Positions 50,396-60,642 are shown, counted from the first letter of the whole stretch. The stretch: 63,998 nucleotides of DNA, filler included, from Candidatus Methanoxibalbensis ujae (GCA_026134085.1; 5 parts of 4 records of this genome joined end to end with filler, not necessarily neighbours in it), one strand, 5' to 3'. Notes: generated by a model from the letters alone, not told the origin. Translations and numbers: made by a program.

Positions 50396-51754
50396 CTACA
50401 ACAATCTTATCGCAGGAATCCAATCGTAATATACTTTTCCATTTGCATCCACAAACGATGTGCAGTTTATCCATCCGCTCTCTGTTGGCAGTGTCTTTCT
50501 GTGATGGATCTGCGGATAAGAGCCCGTTATTATTGTGAATTTATACTCCACATTTGCATACAACTTGAAAGGTTCAGTGAAAGAAAGATTATGCCAATCC
50601 CCACCATAGCCTTCCCATGGTAAAGTCTCAATGCTCCATGAATCATTATAAATTCTTGCGTATTCAGCATGACCGCCTGTCCCTGCGCATGGGTATGTGT
50701 ATAGTTTTGTTGCAATAATTGTATGATTTGGCTTGATTGTGCCGTTGTGCGTTCCTGATATTGAGGGGTATGGATTTGAGGGTGTGCCGGTGTCAAATAT
50801 TGCTTGTGAGTAGACCGTTATTATTTTTGTAGTTGAATTCGTCGCCCCTTTATCGTCTGTTACTGTCAATGTCACCTCATAACTACCCGCTTCTGAATAG
50901 GAATGCTTTATTATTTCCTCTGTTGTGCTCGTGATGTTTCCATCGCCGAAATCCCATTCGTAATTCGTGATTTTTCCGTCCGGGTCGTAAGAAGATGATG
51001 CGTCAAATGTTACAGGTTGATTTATAACGGGTTTTTCAGGGCTGTATGTGAAACTTGCGATCGGCGGCTGGTTTAATGCTCCCGAAGTGGTGAAACTATA
51101 TTCTGAGCTCTCTGCCGAATTCCCGCTTAGATCAACGCTCCTCACAACGAAGTAATATTTTGTTCCCGGCGAGAGATTGTATAATGAAACAGAGTGTTTC
51201 TTCACGAATAATTCGTTGTATTCCTGCTTTGTGTAAGCGCCTGAAGATGTTCCGTATTTAACAAGACTATCTGCGAACTCATCCGTATCCCATTTTATCG
51301 TTGCAGAATCGTCTGTTATGTTCGTTACCGTGATATTTGAGATTATCGGCGGTGTGGTGTCGTTTATGAGTTCTTTTGGGAAGAGCAATTCTTCAAAATA
51401 CTCTGCATCTTCGAGATGAATAAATATTTCCTTGACGGGTAAAGGCTCGGTGGGAATGCTCACTGTGGAGAGATTCTTTTTAAGCGCTGCATCTTCGTTG
51501 ATGATGAAAATTTCTTTTAGTGGAGAGGGCAGGGTTGGAATGCTTACAGAGGACAAATTCTGGTCTAAAGATGTATCTGCGTTGATTACGAAAACTGTTT
51601 TAATTGGAACCGGACTTGTTGGAATGCTCACGGTGGACAAGTTTACTTCGTATATTGCATCTGCATCGGTTATGTTAATCGCTGCTGATGCCGTGTTTAC
51701 GAGAATCAGCAATGCAAAGGCTAAGACAAAATAAGTAAATTTCTCCGACTTCAT
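50396..51754 (-). CDS. Secreted/surface protein: signal peptide, three ~33-aa repeats, FN3-like, PKD and C-terminal domain
   Basis: NLS(T/S)VSIPT x3; WDTDEFADSLVKYG..LSPGTKYYF; FDASSSYDPDG..WDFGDG; IFDTG..NPYPSI..WIPAIRLL. Confidence 0.85.
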   Translation of the reverse strand: MKSEKFTYFVLAFALLILVNTASAAINITDADAIYEVNLSTVSIPTSPVPIKTVFVINADTSLDQNLSSVSIPTLPSPLKEIFIINEDAALKKNLSTVSIPTEPLPVKEIFIHLEDAEYFEELLFPKELINDTTPPIISNITVTNITDDSATIKWDTDEFADSLVKYGTSSGAYTKQEYNELFVKKHSVSLYNLSPGTKYYFVVRSVDLSGNSAESSEYSFTTSGALNQPPIASFTYSPEKPVINQPVTFDASSSYDPDGKITNYEWDFGDGNITSTTEEIIKHSYSEAGSYEVTLTVTDDKGATNSTTKIITVYSQAIFDTGTPSNPYPSISGTHNGTIKPNHTIIATKLYTYPCAGTGGHAEYARIYNDSWSIETLPWEGYGGDWHNLSFTEPFKLYANVEYKFTIITGSYPQIHHRKTLPTESGWINCTSFVDANGKVYYDWIPAIRLL

Positions 51755-51843
51755 TTTTCACCTCCTGATATATCCCCGATTTCCTTAAGCGTCTCCATGC
51801 CCGTTTTTAGCATTTGTTATTCCTCATTCCCCATCTCCTCACC

Positions 51844-52773
51844 TCATCCAGTCCAGTATATCAGCACCGTTGCTACGCCTGCCGAGCCAGATTGTTCAGA
51901 ACTGTAAAATATTTCTATTTTGTGCAGCGTTCCAGTAGTGATTGCTTCTTTGTATGAGCCAAATGCTCTATTCCATTTCCTTTCGCGATATCCTGAAATT
52001 GAAAGATCACTGATTGTTGTCTCGTCCACTTTTAACTTTGAATTTGTGCTGAAAGAGTGATAATTGTAGCCGGTGATATAGTGGTAATAAGAGGCCTCAT
52101 ATAGCGTGTAAGTTGCCGGAATCTCCACCTGTGTGATATTTGTCCCTGTTGTTGCCCTCGTTCTGACAAACAAAGTCATGCCGTTCGCATTGGGATACTC
52201 GAAGTCGTAATATTTTATATCTCTCACAGCCCATAATATTCCTGCAGCATCCGCAGCCTTTATTATTGCATCTTCAAGTGTCGTAGTCGTTATCTCTGTA
52301 ATCTGCGGATTATTTACATCCGTATCTTTACCCCACTGCATTATCTTCGCTGCGGGTTCATCCTTTGTGAAGTAAGCGACAATCCATCCGTCAGTGTCTG
52401 CATATACATGCACATCTATATCACCGCCGAAGTCGGAAATAGGGGTTATTCCTATGATATAGTTGTCGCCTGCTGCTTCCACTTCAGTGAAGATCGTCTT
52501 CAGTTTATCAAGGTCTATCGTTTGGCTTGTGTTCACGTATGCGCTTATACCTGCTTCGTCTTCTGGGAAAGCGCCTCCACCGCCTCCCGCAGCTTCTGCT
52601 GCGCCTGCAATCTGGATAAAGGGCGGCGGCACAAGCGAGATTGAGACGACGTCTTTTCCTCCACCTCCGCTTAACCCACTTTCCTCCTTCTCCAAGCTAT
52701 ATATCGCCACGCTGCTTGCTATTATTAAGGCAATAGAAATTGCCAACACCTTCAATCCGTATTTATTCCCCAT
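51844..52773 (-). CDS. Secreted or membrane-anchored hypothetical protein
   Basis: N-terminal hydrophobic helix, Gly-rich linkers, beta-rich body. Confidence 0.75.
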   Translation of the reverse strand: MGNKYGLKVLAISIALIIASSVAIYSLEKEESGLSGGGGKDVVSISLVPPPFIQIAGAAEAAGGGGGAFPEDEAGISAYVNTSQTIDLDKLKTIFTEVEAAGDNYIIGITPISDFGGDIDVHVYADTDGWIVAYFTKDEPAAKIMQWGKDTDVNNPQITEITTTTLEDAIIKAADAAGILWAVRDIKYYDFEYPNANGMTLFVRTRATTGTNITQVEIPATYTLYEASYYHYITGYNYHSFSTNSKLKVDETTISDLSISGYRERKWNRAFGSYKEAITTGTLHKIEIFYSSEQSGSAGVATVLIYWTG

Positions 52774-52959
52774 CTTTCATCCCCCTTCCTCTTTAATTAA
52801 AAAATTATAACTATATTTTATGCATGCATAGATTCCTACCCTCTTAAAAGTCTTTTCGGTTTTTTCAATGCTGTCTTTTGGCATCATCATATCATCATAA
52901 TAGCCAGCACCGTAAGAGAATGTGCTGCCAGCGATGATATATCCACCATCATCTATGGT

Positions 52960-53343
52960 TTAAAATTATTTATTATTATTTGAATTTGCAAGATTCCATT
53001 TTCACTGCTATGTAGTTTGAAGCGATAGTATTATTATTTGAATAATTTGATCCTGAAATATCCCAGACCATATTGTACTTCTATCAGTATTCCATTACAA
53101 TTCAATCCCTCTATAAAAAATAATGCAGTTTTCTGAGCCGTTCTCTGATTTTATTGACTGTTATATTTGTATTAATACTCTCGCTATAAATCCCATTTCT
53201 TATAATAATTGTATCTCCCTCTGAAGCATTATCAACAGCCCACTGAATCCTCGTCGTCAGGCACATAGTTTTGCTGCGGAAACGCCTGAGAAAGCTGTCA
53301 AGATTAAAAATGAAGCGAAGAAAACAACCTTCTTACATCTCAT
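52960..53343 (-). pseudogene. Decayed NosD/CASH beta-helix surface-protein gene
   Basis: MRCKKVVFFASFLILTAFSGVSAAK, YVPDD, IQWAVDNASEGDTIIIRNGIY, SENGSENCII across frameshifts; GGAGGTGG SD. Confidence 0.65.
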
Positions 53344-53689
53344 CACTCCACCTCCCGGTGTGAATGTTGAGGTATGGGATTATCCCAATATAAATGACTT
53401 GTGCTTTTTCTCATTTATTGCTCGCCACACTTCAGCCGTCTGCTTCTCTGATAACTTGCGCTTTTTGTCAGAACAGTGTCAAAAATAGAAGCAAAAGCTT
53501 ATACAAAAAATGAGGATTCTTTTGTCTTTCTTTGAGACAAACAATTCTATAATAAAAACATCAAAGAGAGCAGGAAAGGAGCTAATAGCAATTAAACAAA
53601 GTGATCTTATATGCTATTGAACCGATGTTGCTTTTTGCTCGCAAAGGCGTATCGCCACTAATATCATCATGCCTCATTAATTTTTCAGT

Positions 53690-53950
53690 TAACTGCTTGT
53701 TTCTGATGGCGCAAAGATGCTTTCATTTGATTCTCAGTGCAAGCTATTTGCAACATGGAAGAAAGTGATTATCTCATTATCCCTGCTCTCTCTTGAAAGC
53801 CTGCTTATGAAATCCCACAATATGCGCCTCAAGCCTCAACCCCCTTTTCACTGCCACTCCTGACTGCCAATGCAGCAGCGCCCCACAGTTTCTCGGAAGT
53901 CTGGACAGGGTCTTCTCAAAATTCGCCTTATATCAAAGCTGCCATCACTT
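53690..53950 (-). pseudogene. Decayed PaREP1 (HEPN-like) gene
   Basis: DPVQTSEKLWGAAALAVR, VAVKRGLRLE, LWDFISRLSRE..FHVANSLH in shifting frames. Confidence 0.55.
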
Positions 53951-54392
53951 CAAACTGTCATCTGAATTTCCCGCCTGAATTTAGCGGAGCAATTCTCAGG
54001 TTGAATCGTTAAGGCTCGTTCACAAATCGTTTTCTGTATTGCGGAGGAGACGCCTGCTATCAGGATCAAAAACGCAACTTCCCTCCTCTCATCTTCACTG
54101 GATTGCTTTCGGATGAACGTCCCACATCTTCAGGGCTCCAATCACGATATTCCAACTATCAATCTCCATCGGCTTCAAGACCACATATTTCAGGCTTAAT
54201 TTTCCGCCACAGGGCATGGAGAACTCCTTTCCCATATTCCAAACACTTTCCCTGTCCTGTAATCCCCACACTCAAGCAGGTCTGCCCTTTCCTTCCTTTC
54301 GGAGTCAGGCGAAAGCCACCTTCTCCTGCTGCTCTGAATCTTCATTTCGCACCTCCCAATCGCAAACAGGCTCCAATACTCCCAGGTCTGCA

Positions 54393-55361
54393 TCATATTC
54401 GCCATCGCACCTCAACCTCATCAGGTCTGAAATTTGGTTTAACTGCTGAATTTTCGATTTCGGTGATGGCGCCGCATTTGAGCATGAGCAATCCGAGATA
54501 TGCGATCATTGCGCCGTTGTCTTTGAGAAAACGTTTTTCAGGCACATGAAATCTCGCTCCTCTATCCTCGCACATTGTCCTGAGCATTTCCTGCAACCGC
54601 TTGTTTGCGCCCACACCGCCTACAAGGAGAAGATCTTCCTTTTTCAAGTGTGCCATCGCGCGCTCTGAGACCTCGGTGAGCATTGCGAATGCGGTTTCCT
54701 GAAAAGAGAATGCGACATCTTCCGCGGAATATCTCCGCAAAGCATCTTCAGCGGCAGTCGTGAGACCTGAGAAGGAGAAGTCCATACCTTTAACCACATA
54801 GGGAAGAGGGATGTAATTCCCTCCGTCTGCTGCAAGCTTCTCTATTTTTGGACCGCCCGGATGCTGCAGGTTCATGCTGCGGGCGAGTTTGTCAAGTGCG
54901 TTTCCTATGCCTATGTCAAGCGTCTCGCCGAGCACTCTGTATCGTCCAAAATGATATACGAGGACCTGAGAGTTCGCACCACTTACATACAGCACCACAG
55001 GATCATAAACTCCGCAGTTCCACATGCCTATTTCTATGTGTGCGACGCAATGATTCACGCCAACAAGCGGCTTCCTGAGCAACAGTGAAAGCGCTCTCGC
55101 AGCCGTAGCAACCACACGAAGGCAGGGGCCCATCCCCGGACCCTGAGAGAACGCCACACCTGATATCTCCTCTGATGCTCTCAAAACCTCACCAACAACT
55201 CGCTTTATCTCGGCTGCATGGTGCTGCGCTGCTTCTCGTGGATGTATGCCCCCTCTCTCAGGCACATACGGAGACTCAACCTCGCATACCACACCTTCCT
55301 CATCGCTGAAAAGCGCAACACTCAGGTTCCACGCAGTCCCCTCAATGCCTATCACTTCCAT
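54393..55361 (-). CDS. kae1: tRNA N6-threonylcarbamoyladenosine synthase Kae1 (no Bud32 fusion)
   Basis: GIEGTAW, GGIHPREAAQHH, VNHCVAHIEIG, YVSGANSQ, DNGAMIA. Confidence 0.95.
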   Translation of the reverse strand: MEVIGIEGTAWNLSVALFSDEEGVVCEVESPYVPERGGIHPREAAQHHAAEIKRVVGEVLRASEEISGVAFSQGPGMGPCLRVVATAARALSLLLRKPLVGVNHCVAHIEIGMWNCGVYDPVVLYVSGANSQVLVYHFGRYRVLGETLDIGIGNALDKLARSMNLQHPGGPKIEKLAADGGNYIPLPYVVKGMDFSFSGLTTAAEDALRRYSAEDVAFSFQETAFAMLTEVSERAMAHLKKEDLLLVGGVGANKRLQEMLRTMCEDRGARFHVPEKRFLKDNGAMIAYLGLLMLKCGAITEIENSAVKPNFRPDEVEVRWRI

Positions 55362-55498
55362 TTCTTTGTCTTTGGAATTAGGATTACATGAATGATCGCA
55401 TGATGATTGCATGAAACCGGCAACTCGCCTGCCGATCTATCGCCTGAGCAGTCATTCGCCTCAGTCATTCGCCTGAACTGATGGCTGAACTGAGCGAG

Positions 55499-56731
55499 TC
55501 AGAATGTTTTGATGTCGCCACGCAACACCATTTCGGTTATTTCCATGACATTGGAGAGCCATTCGTCTGCAATTCGCCTCGCTTTGCTTTCCATATTTGA
55601 GGTGTTTGCGGTTTCAGGTAGTATCTCTATCAGTGCCACCTTCGGATCATCTATTCTCCTGCCGATCTCAGAGAGGAGTTCAACATATACCTCTTTCACA
55701 CCTTCAACCTCTTCAGCGATCTGTTCGGCTATTTTCATAGCGAGCAGGTTGTACAGTTTTCCGGTGTGATTCACCGGATTTTTTCCTGATACTCCTTCCA
55801 TGCTCATCGGTCTGCTCGGTGTGATGAGACCGTTGCAGCGATTGCCGCGACCTGCTGCGCCGTCATCGCCCATTTCAGCTGAAGTTCCAGTGACTGTGAT
55901 ATATGCGGATTTTGGCGTGTCAGCCCTGTTCACAAGCACTTCAACATCGCGCTCTGTGTTTTCACATGCGACTTCCTCAATAAACAGGGAGAGTCTGCGC
56001 TTTGCCTCTTCATAATCTGTCCTGCTCTCAAGATATCTTGAGACGAATGCATTTCCCACAGTAAGCGTGATTTTATCACCCATTCGCAGAGCCATCACCT
56101 TCATATCTTCGCCCACTGCATCCTCTTTGAACCTGAATTCATCCATTACTCTGTTTTCAACATGCAGAACAACCCGCTCAGTGTCTGAAAGCGGTGCGTG
56201 AGAGACTCCAAATGAGGTGTCGTTTGCATTTGGAATCTCATCCACCACTCCTCCGCTGTCATGCTGCTCACCTCCTGCTCTGCTGCGCATGAACACATCT
56301 CTGAGGTCTGAAGAGCCTGTTCCGAGTCGGCAGTCTATCTCAACATGACGCATGACATCCAGATTGCGGACATTCCTGAGATATTCTCTTGCAGCTTCTA
56401 TGGAAACTGCTTTGACTGCGAACTCATTCCCCTCAAACTCCATTGTCGCCCTGCCACCGAGGAGCACATATATCGGGGAGATGACCTCTCCATCGCCAAA
56501 TTTGGGATTTGAGCGCCCTGCGACTATTTGAACCTTGTCTGTGTTGTGATGAAGCATGATGCCACATTTCCTTCTATATTCATTGCAGAGCGCACGGCTG
56601 ACGGATTCAGCAATGCCATCGCACAGACTGTCAGGATGACCCATTCCCTTCCGCTCAACCATCTCCACCTTCCGCTCTTCAACAGGTGTTCTGCCCGTCA
56701 GAAATTCCACTTTTATGTTTCTCTCATTCAT
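55499..56731 (-). CDS. mat: Archaeal-type S-adenosylmethionine synthetase
   Basis: [49 protein letters not shown]. Confidence 0.95.
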   Translation of the reverse strand: MNERNIKVEFLTGRTPVEERKVEMVERKGMGHPDSLCDGIAESVSRALCNEYRRKCGIMLHHNTDKVQIVAGRSNPKFGDGEVISPIYVLLGGRATMEFEGNEFAVKAVSIEAAREYLRNVRNLDVMRHVEIDCRLGTGSSDLRDVFMRSRAGGEQHDSGGVVDEIPNANDTSFGVSHAPLSDTERVVLHVENRVMDEFRFKEDAVGEDMKVMALRMGDKITLTVGNAFVSRYLESRTDYEEAKRRLSLFIEEVACENTERDVEVLVNRADTPKSAYITVTGTSAEMGDDGAAGRGNRCNGLITPSRPMSMEGVSGKNPVNHTGKLYNLLAMKIAEQIAEEVEGVKEVYVELLSEIGRRIDDPKVALIEILPETANTSNMESKARRIADEWLSNVMEITEMVLRGDIKTF

Positions 56732-56756
56732 TTCCCCACCTTCTCCCCTTACAAAA

Positions 56757-58043
56757 TCATCGCATTTTTATAATTTCCCGCAGAGATCTCATTCTGTTCA
56801 TAATTCTCATAGCATATGCCTTATCTATACCGCTCGGCTTCCTTTTATATGCTGATGGCACTCTTATGACGCGTGAAGGTGTGACGATAATGTCAACGGG
56901 CACATCCCAGCGCGATTCTGTGTGCATCTCCTTCTCATACACCTGAACATCATGAACGATTGCAGCGATTGGCGTGTGCTCATCAACCGCACCTATCTCA
57001 CGCAGAATTTGATATTCAATGTCAAAAAATGCTGTGCCTTTACCTATGCGCTCACCATTGATGCTGACAGCGACTGCACCTGTCACCATCATATCTATCC
57101 TGCCTATGCTTGACAGGGATGTGTGCAGCCGCCTGCCGTGGGAATATACGCCATGCGTTCTTATCGCGAGTCTCCACGCGTCTATGCTCCTGTCGATTTC
57201 ATAAAAGCCGTCCTTCAATGCAGGCGTCGCCATAACAACAGTCTTTCCGTCACGAACACAGTTGAAACGCACCTGAAACAGCACAGCATCAGGCGGCACG
57301 AACACGCGCACCGCACTTTTGTACTCGGGAAGACCTCTCAACCTCTCCGCCGCACGCTCCTGGCCGTTGAATGTCGGAATGCCAATGGTGCCTCTTTCGT
57401 TATCTGCGAGCCGCCTCTGCGTCAGGCCATACTCATGCATGCGAGTCCACACATCATTCCTTATTATGCGCTTCTTGAGCGCACGCATTTTTTCATCTGA
57501 AATTTCAAGAACGGAAATCAAATACGGAGGGATCTCATCAGCAACATACACACGCTCAGTCGCCTTTTCTATGCGAATGCCGTGTTCAATGGCACGCTTC
57601 ACATCGATCGCGAGGATGACAGGCCGCATAGTCCTCCGCATCGCCACCTCCACCGCCCACTCTATCGTTGAAGCGAGATGCACTTTTCTGCGATCCATGG
57701 GCTTCAATCCTTCCCTACATATCCTTTCAGCCGATTCCGCAGTTGTCCCGTGATAGAGTGTTTGCACATCTGACGCAGGTGGCAGATGTGGCGACACGTT
57801 TATTGAATGCCCGTATCTCGCCCTTATCCTGTCTCCTCTTATCTCATATCTGCCCTTCCTATCCTCTCTCACAATATCCTCAACAAACACACGGTCAATC
57901 CAGGGATATCGCTCCCGCAGCTTCTCAACAAACGCTTGCATATCCACAAAACCATCTTCATCCATCTGAAGCCCCTGAGGGTCGTGACGCAGAATATAAC
58001 TCATGAACTTGCTCACGCTCGTTTTCATTCTGCAGTCCTCCAT
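56757..58043 (-). CDS. kptA: Fusion of Tpt1/KptA RNA 2'-phosphotransferase and 5-formyl-THF cyclo-ligase-like (COG0212/MTHFSD-like) domain
   Basis: SKFMSYILRHDP, KGRYE, IRARYGHS, LYHGT, GLKPMDRRKVHL; then IPTFNG..AA, VFVPPD, TPAL, GAVAV..GERIGKG..FFDIEY, VHDVQV, DVPVDIIVTP; one uninterrupted ORF (open from 58154). Confidence 0.85.
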   Translation of the reverse strand: MEDCRMKTSVSKFMSYILRHDPQGLQMDEDGFVDMQAFVEKLRERYPWIDRVFVEDIVREDRKGRYEIRGDRIRARYGHSINVSPHLPPASDVQTLYHGTTAESAERICREGLKPMDRRKVHLASTIEWAVEVAMRRTMRPVILAIDVKRAIEHGIRIEKATERVYVADEIPPYLISVLEISDEKMRALKKRIIRNDVWTRMHEYGLTQRRLADNERGTIGIPTFNGQERAAERLRGLPEYKSAVRVFVPPDAVLFQVRFNCVRDGKTVVMATPALKDGFYEIDRSIDAWRLAIRTHGVYSHGRRLHTSLSSIGRIDMMVTGAVAVSINGERIGKGTAFFDIEYQILREIGAVDEHTPIAAIVHDVQVYEKEMHTESRWDVPVDIIVTPSRVIRVPSAYKRKPSGIDKAYAMRIMNRMRSLREIIKMR

Positions 58044-58383
58044 CCCTCCACCGCTCACCATTCGTTCACTGAACATCATCTTTACTATTAATTGTGCTTT
58101 CTCATCAGCATCCTCTCCGCCCTCACTCCTCTCCACCCTCACCGACAGCATCATGTGACCTTGCTTACTCGCTCATCCTCTCAACCTTAAAAAATCACCA
58201 AATCAAAAAATGCATTATTCGCTTCAGCTTCTTCATGTTTACGATGGCTCCCTTCCCAATTCTGGAAGAATCTCAACAGATTCTCAAATCAACATCAACA
58301 TTGCCACATCCGGCAGAACTCATACTTCAGTGCTTGAACGCCATGAACGCCGATGCCGGTCTGACTCTCACCTCATACACATG

Positions 58384-59640
58384 TTACAGAGAGGAGGGAT
58401 CTGTTATTCTACCAGTTATTGCTGAAGCTGCGACGACTGCAGGACTTGCAAGATATATTTCTGCGTTTTTATGACCCATTCTGCCTATGAAGTTGCGATT
58501 TGTGCTGCTTATGCATCTTTCTCCATCTGCGAGAACTCCCATATGACCTCCGAGGCATGCACCGCATGTCGGACCGCACACGAAGGCGCCAGCGTTCAGA
58601 AATATATCTATGAGGCCCTCCTTCAGCGCCTGTTTGAACACATGCTGCGATGCTGGCACTACTATCATGCGAACTGATGAATGCACCTTCCTCCCTTTAA
58701 GCAGTGATGCTGCAATTCTGAGATCCTCAATTCGTCCGTTTGTGCAGGAGCCGAGATACGCCTGATCAATTTCAACTGAGACATCAGATGCTGCAACCAC
58801 ATTTTGAGGCGAGAATGGTTTCGCAACCATCGGAACAATCTCTTCCGCGTTTAACTCATATATCTCATCGTAACTCGCATCTTCATCCGCATGGACCGCA
58901 TTGAACTCTCCACGAACACGTCCACGCAGGAATGAGAACACTTTTTCATCGGGAGGTATTATGCAGGTCTTGGCACCCGCCTCAACTGACATGTTCGCAA
59001 TGGTTATCCTGTCAGAAAGCGATAGATTTTTTATTGTCGACCCGTAGAACTCCTGCGCTTTGTATCTTGAGCCATCAACACCTATCTCACCGATTATGTG
59101 AAGCACTATGTCCTTTCCGCATACGAAAGGGCGAAGTGAACCCTCAACAACGAACTTCTGCGTCTCAGGCACCCTGAACCAGAGATTCCCTGTTGCAAAC
59201 ACCACACCTGCCTCCGTTGATCCAACTCCCGTTGAGAATGCTCCAAATGCACCATATGAGCATGTATGCGAATCTGCACCGATTATCAGCCTGCCCGGTG
59301 CCACAAAACCCTCCTCTATCATCACATGATGGCATATACCGCCCCTGCCTATTTCGTAGTAGTGCGTTTTGTGTTTCATTGCGTATTCCCGCAGCCTCTT
59401 TGACTGCTCAGCCGAAGGCACATCTTTCGCAGGAACATAGTGATCCTGCACAACCACAATACGCTCGTTCAGTATTGAGCCGCCATCGCAGATCTCCTCG
59501 CAGACCTCAAACGCAGGCACACCCGTGATATCGTTCACCATCACATAATCAACCTCACATTCCAGAATATCGCCGGGCTCAGCTCGCTCAACACCCGCCT
59601 TCTCACTCAATATCTTCTCCGCTATCGTCCGACCTCCCAT
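58384..59640 (-). CDS. leuC: 3-isopropylmalate dehydratase / homoaconitase large subunit
   Basis: TIAEKIL, DH, GICH, GADSHTC, GSCTNGR, CGACLG, TNRNFIGRMG. Confidence 0.88.
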   Translation of the reverse strand: MGGRTIAEKILSEKAGVERAEPGDILECEVDYVMVNDITGVPAFEVCEEICDGGSILNERIVVVQDHYVPAKDVPSAEQSKRLREYAMKHKTHYYEIGRGGICHHVMIEEGFVAPGRLIIGADSHTCSYGAFGAFSTGVGSTEAGVVFATGNLWFRVPETQKFVVEGSLRPFVCGKDIVLHIIGEIGVDGSRYKAQEFYGSTIKNLSLSDRITIANMSVEAGAKTCIIPPDEKVFSFLRGRVRGEFNAVHADEDASYDEIYELNAEEIVPMVAKPFSPQNVVAASDVSVEIDQAYLGSCTNGRIEDLRIAASLLKGRKVHSSVRMIVVPASQHVFKQALKEGLIDIFLNAGAFVCGPTCGACLGGHMGVLADGERCISSTNRNFIGRMGHKNAEIYLASPAVVAASAITGRITDPSSL

Positions 59641-59699
59641 ACCCCTTTATAAAAATGAAAAAATAGAAGAAGCTGTTGTTGAGAATTGCTGCAACGCCG

Positions 59700-60265
59700 A
59701 TATGAGCTGTCTCGGCTCGCTATCCTTCTTCAATCTCTCGCAGAATTTTAAGTGATGCACCTTCTGTCTATTTTGACAATATCGGGTGAAATTCCCAATC
59801 CATCAACAATCTCGTCCCGTCATATCAACTATTGGGTCGCCTGAAAACGATTGAATGAGGCAGTGTGCTGCTTCCCAAATACGAATCGCTTTCCCACTGA
59901 AATTGGCAGCAGCTTTCCTCAAAACTACAACATTATCACATCCACTAAGACTGACATTCTCGCTCAATGACATTCTCGCTCAAAAGCGCAAAATTCATGC
60001 TTTCAGGCTCCACATTCCTGCTTTCAGGCTCTACTGCAACTACCATGCCTCCGGGACCGACTGTTTTCGCCGCTTTTAATGTGAAAGCACCGATGTGAGC
60101 GCCTATATCCAACACGCATCATCCCTCTCTCATATGCAACGCGTCATAATGGCGATGCTCATACACATTTTTTATGACTTCCTCATCTCCACTGGCGAAA
60201 GGTCTGAATTTCGTTCTGTTTCCGCCGGGAAGGTCCGTCTCAACAATGATTCCAGTGCCATATTT
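59700..60265 (-). pseudogene. Decayed FkbM-family methyltransferase
   Basis: VLDIGAHIGAFTLKAAKTVGPGGMVVAVEP, NFALLSENV, PDIVKID/EGASLKIL across frameshifts. Confidence 0.75.
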
Positions 60266-60272
60266 TTGTTAT

Positions 60273-60642
60273 GTGACCGATCCCCTCACTGAGGGGCATC
60301 CAGTTGGGTTCCTGCTTCCTCAAAAGCTATTATCACCTTACGGTGAAATGGAGTATGGGATCTCAACAGGTCTCAAAGGCCCCAGTTTTTTCAATCCTCT
60401 TTTTAGAATTCTACGAGCGGATATGTGATCTCGCAGGGGATCACGACTTCGGAAGTTCCTCTCAGGTGCACCTTCACGACCGTCTTACCAGCTCTCTCAG
60501 CCTTGCAGGTGGCGAATGAACTTCAGAGGCATCCAAAATTTCAGATAAAAGATTGTGATTCCTCCTCATGCTTCAAGGCTTCAACCGCTATGCATAGTTA
60601 TAAAACCGCGCTTGTGAGTCGTCTCTCCTCCTCTCTATTTTC
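60273..60642 (-). mobile_element. tnpB 3' remnant plus IS200/IS605 right end (a second family)
   Basis: Fragments CIAVEAL, ILDAS, KAERAGKTVVKVHLRGTS, RDHISARRILKRGL; terminus GGATGCCCCTCAGTGAGGGGATCGGTCAC. Confidence 0.75.
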
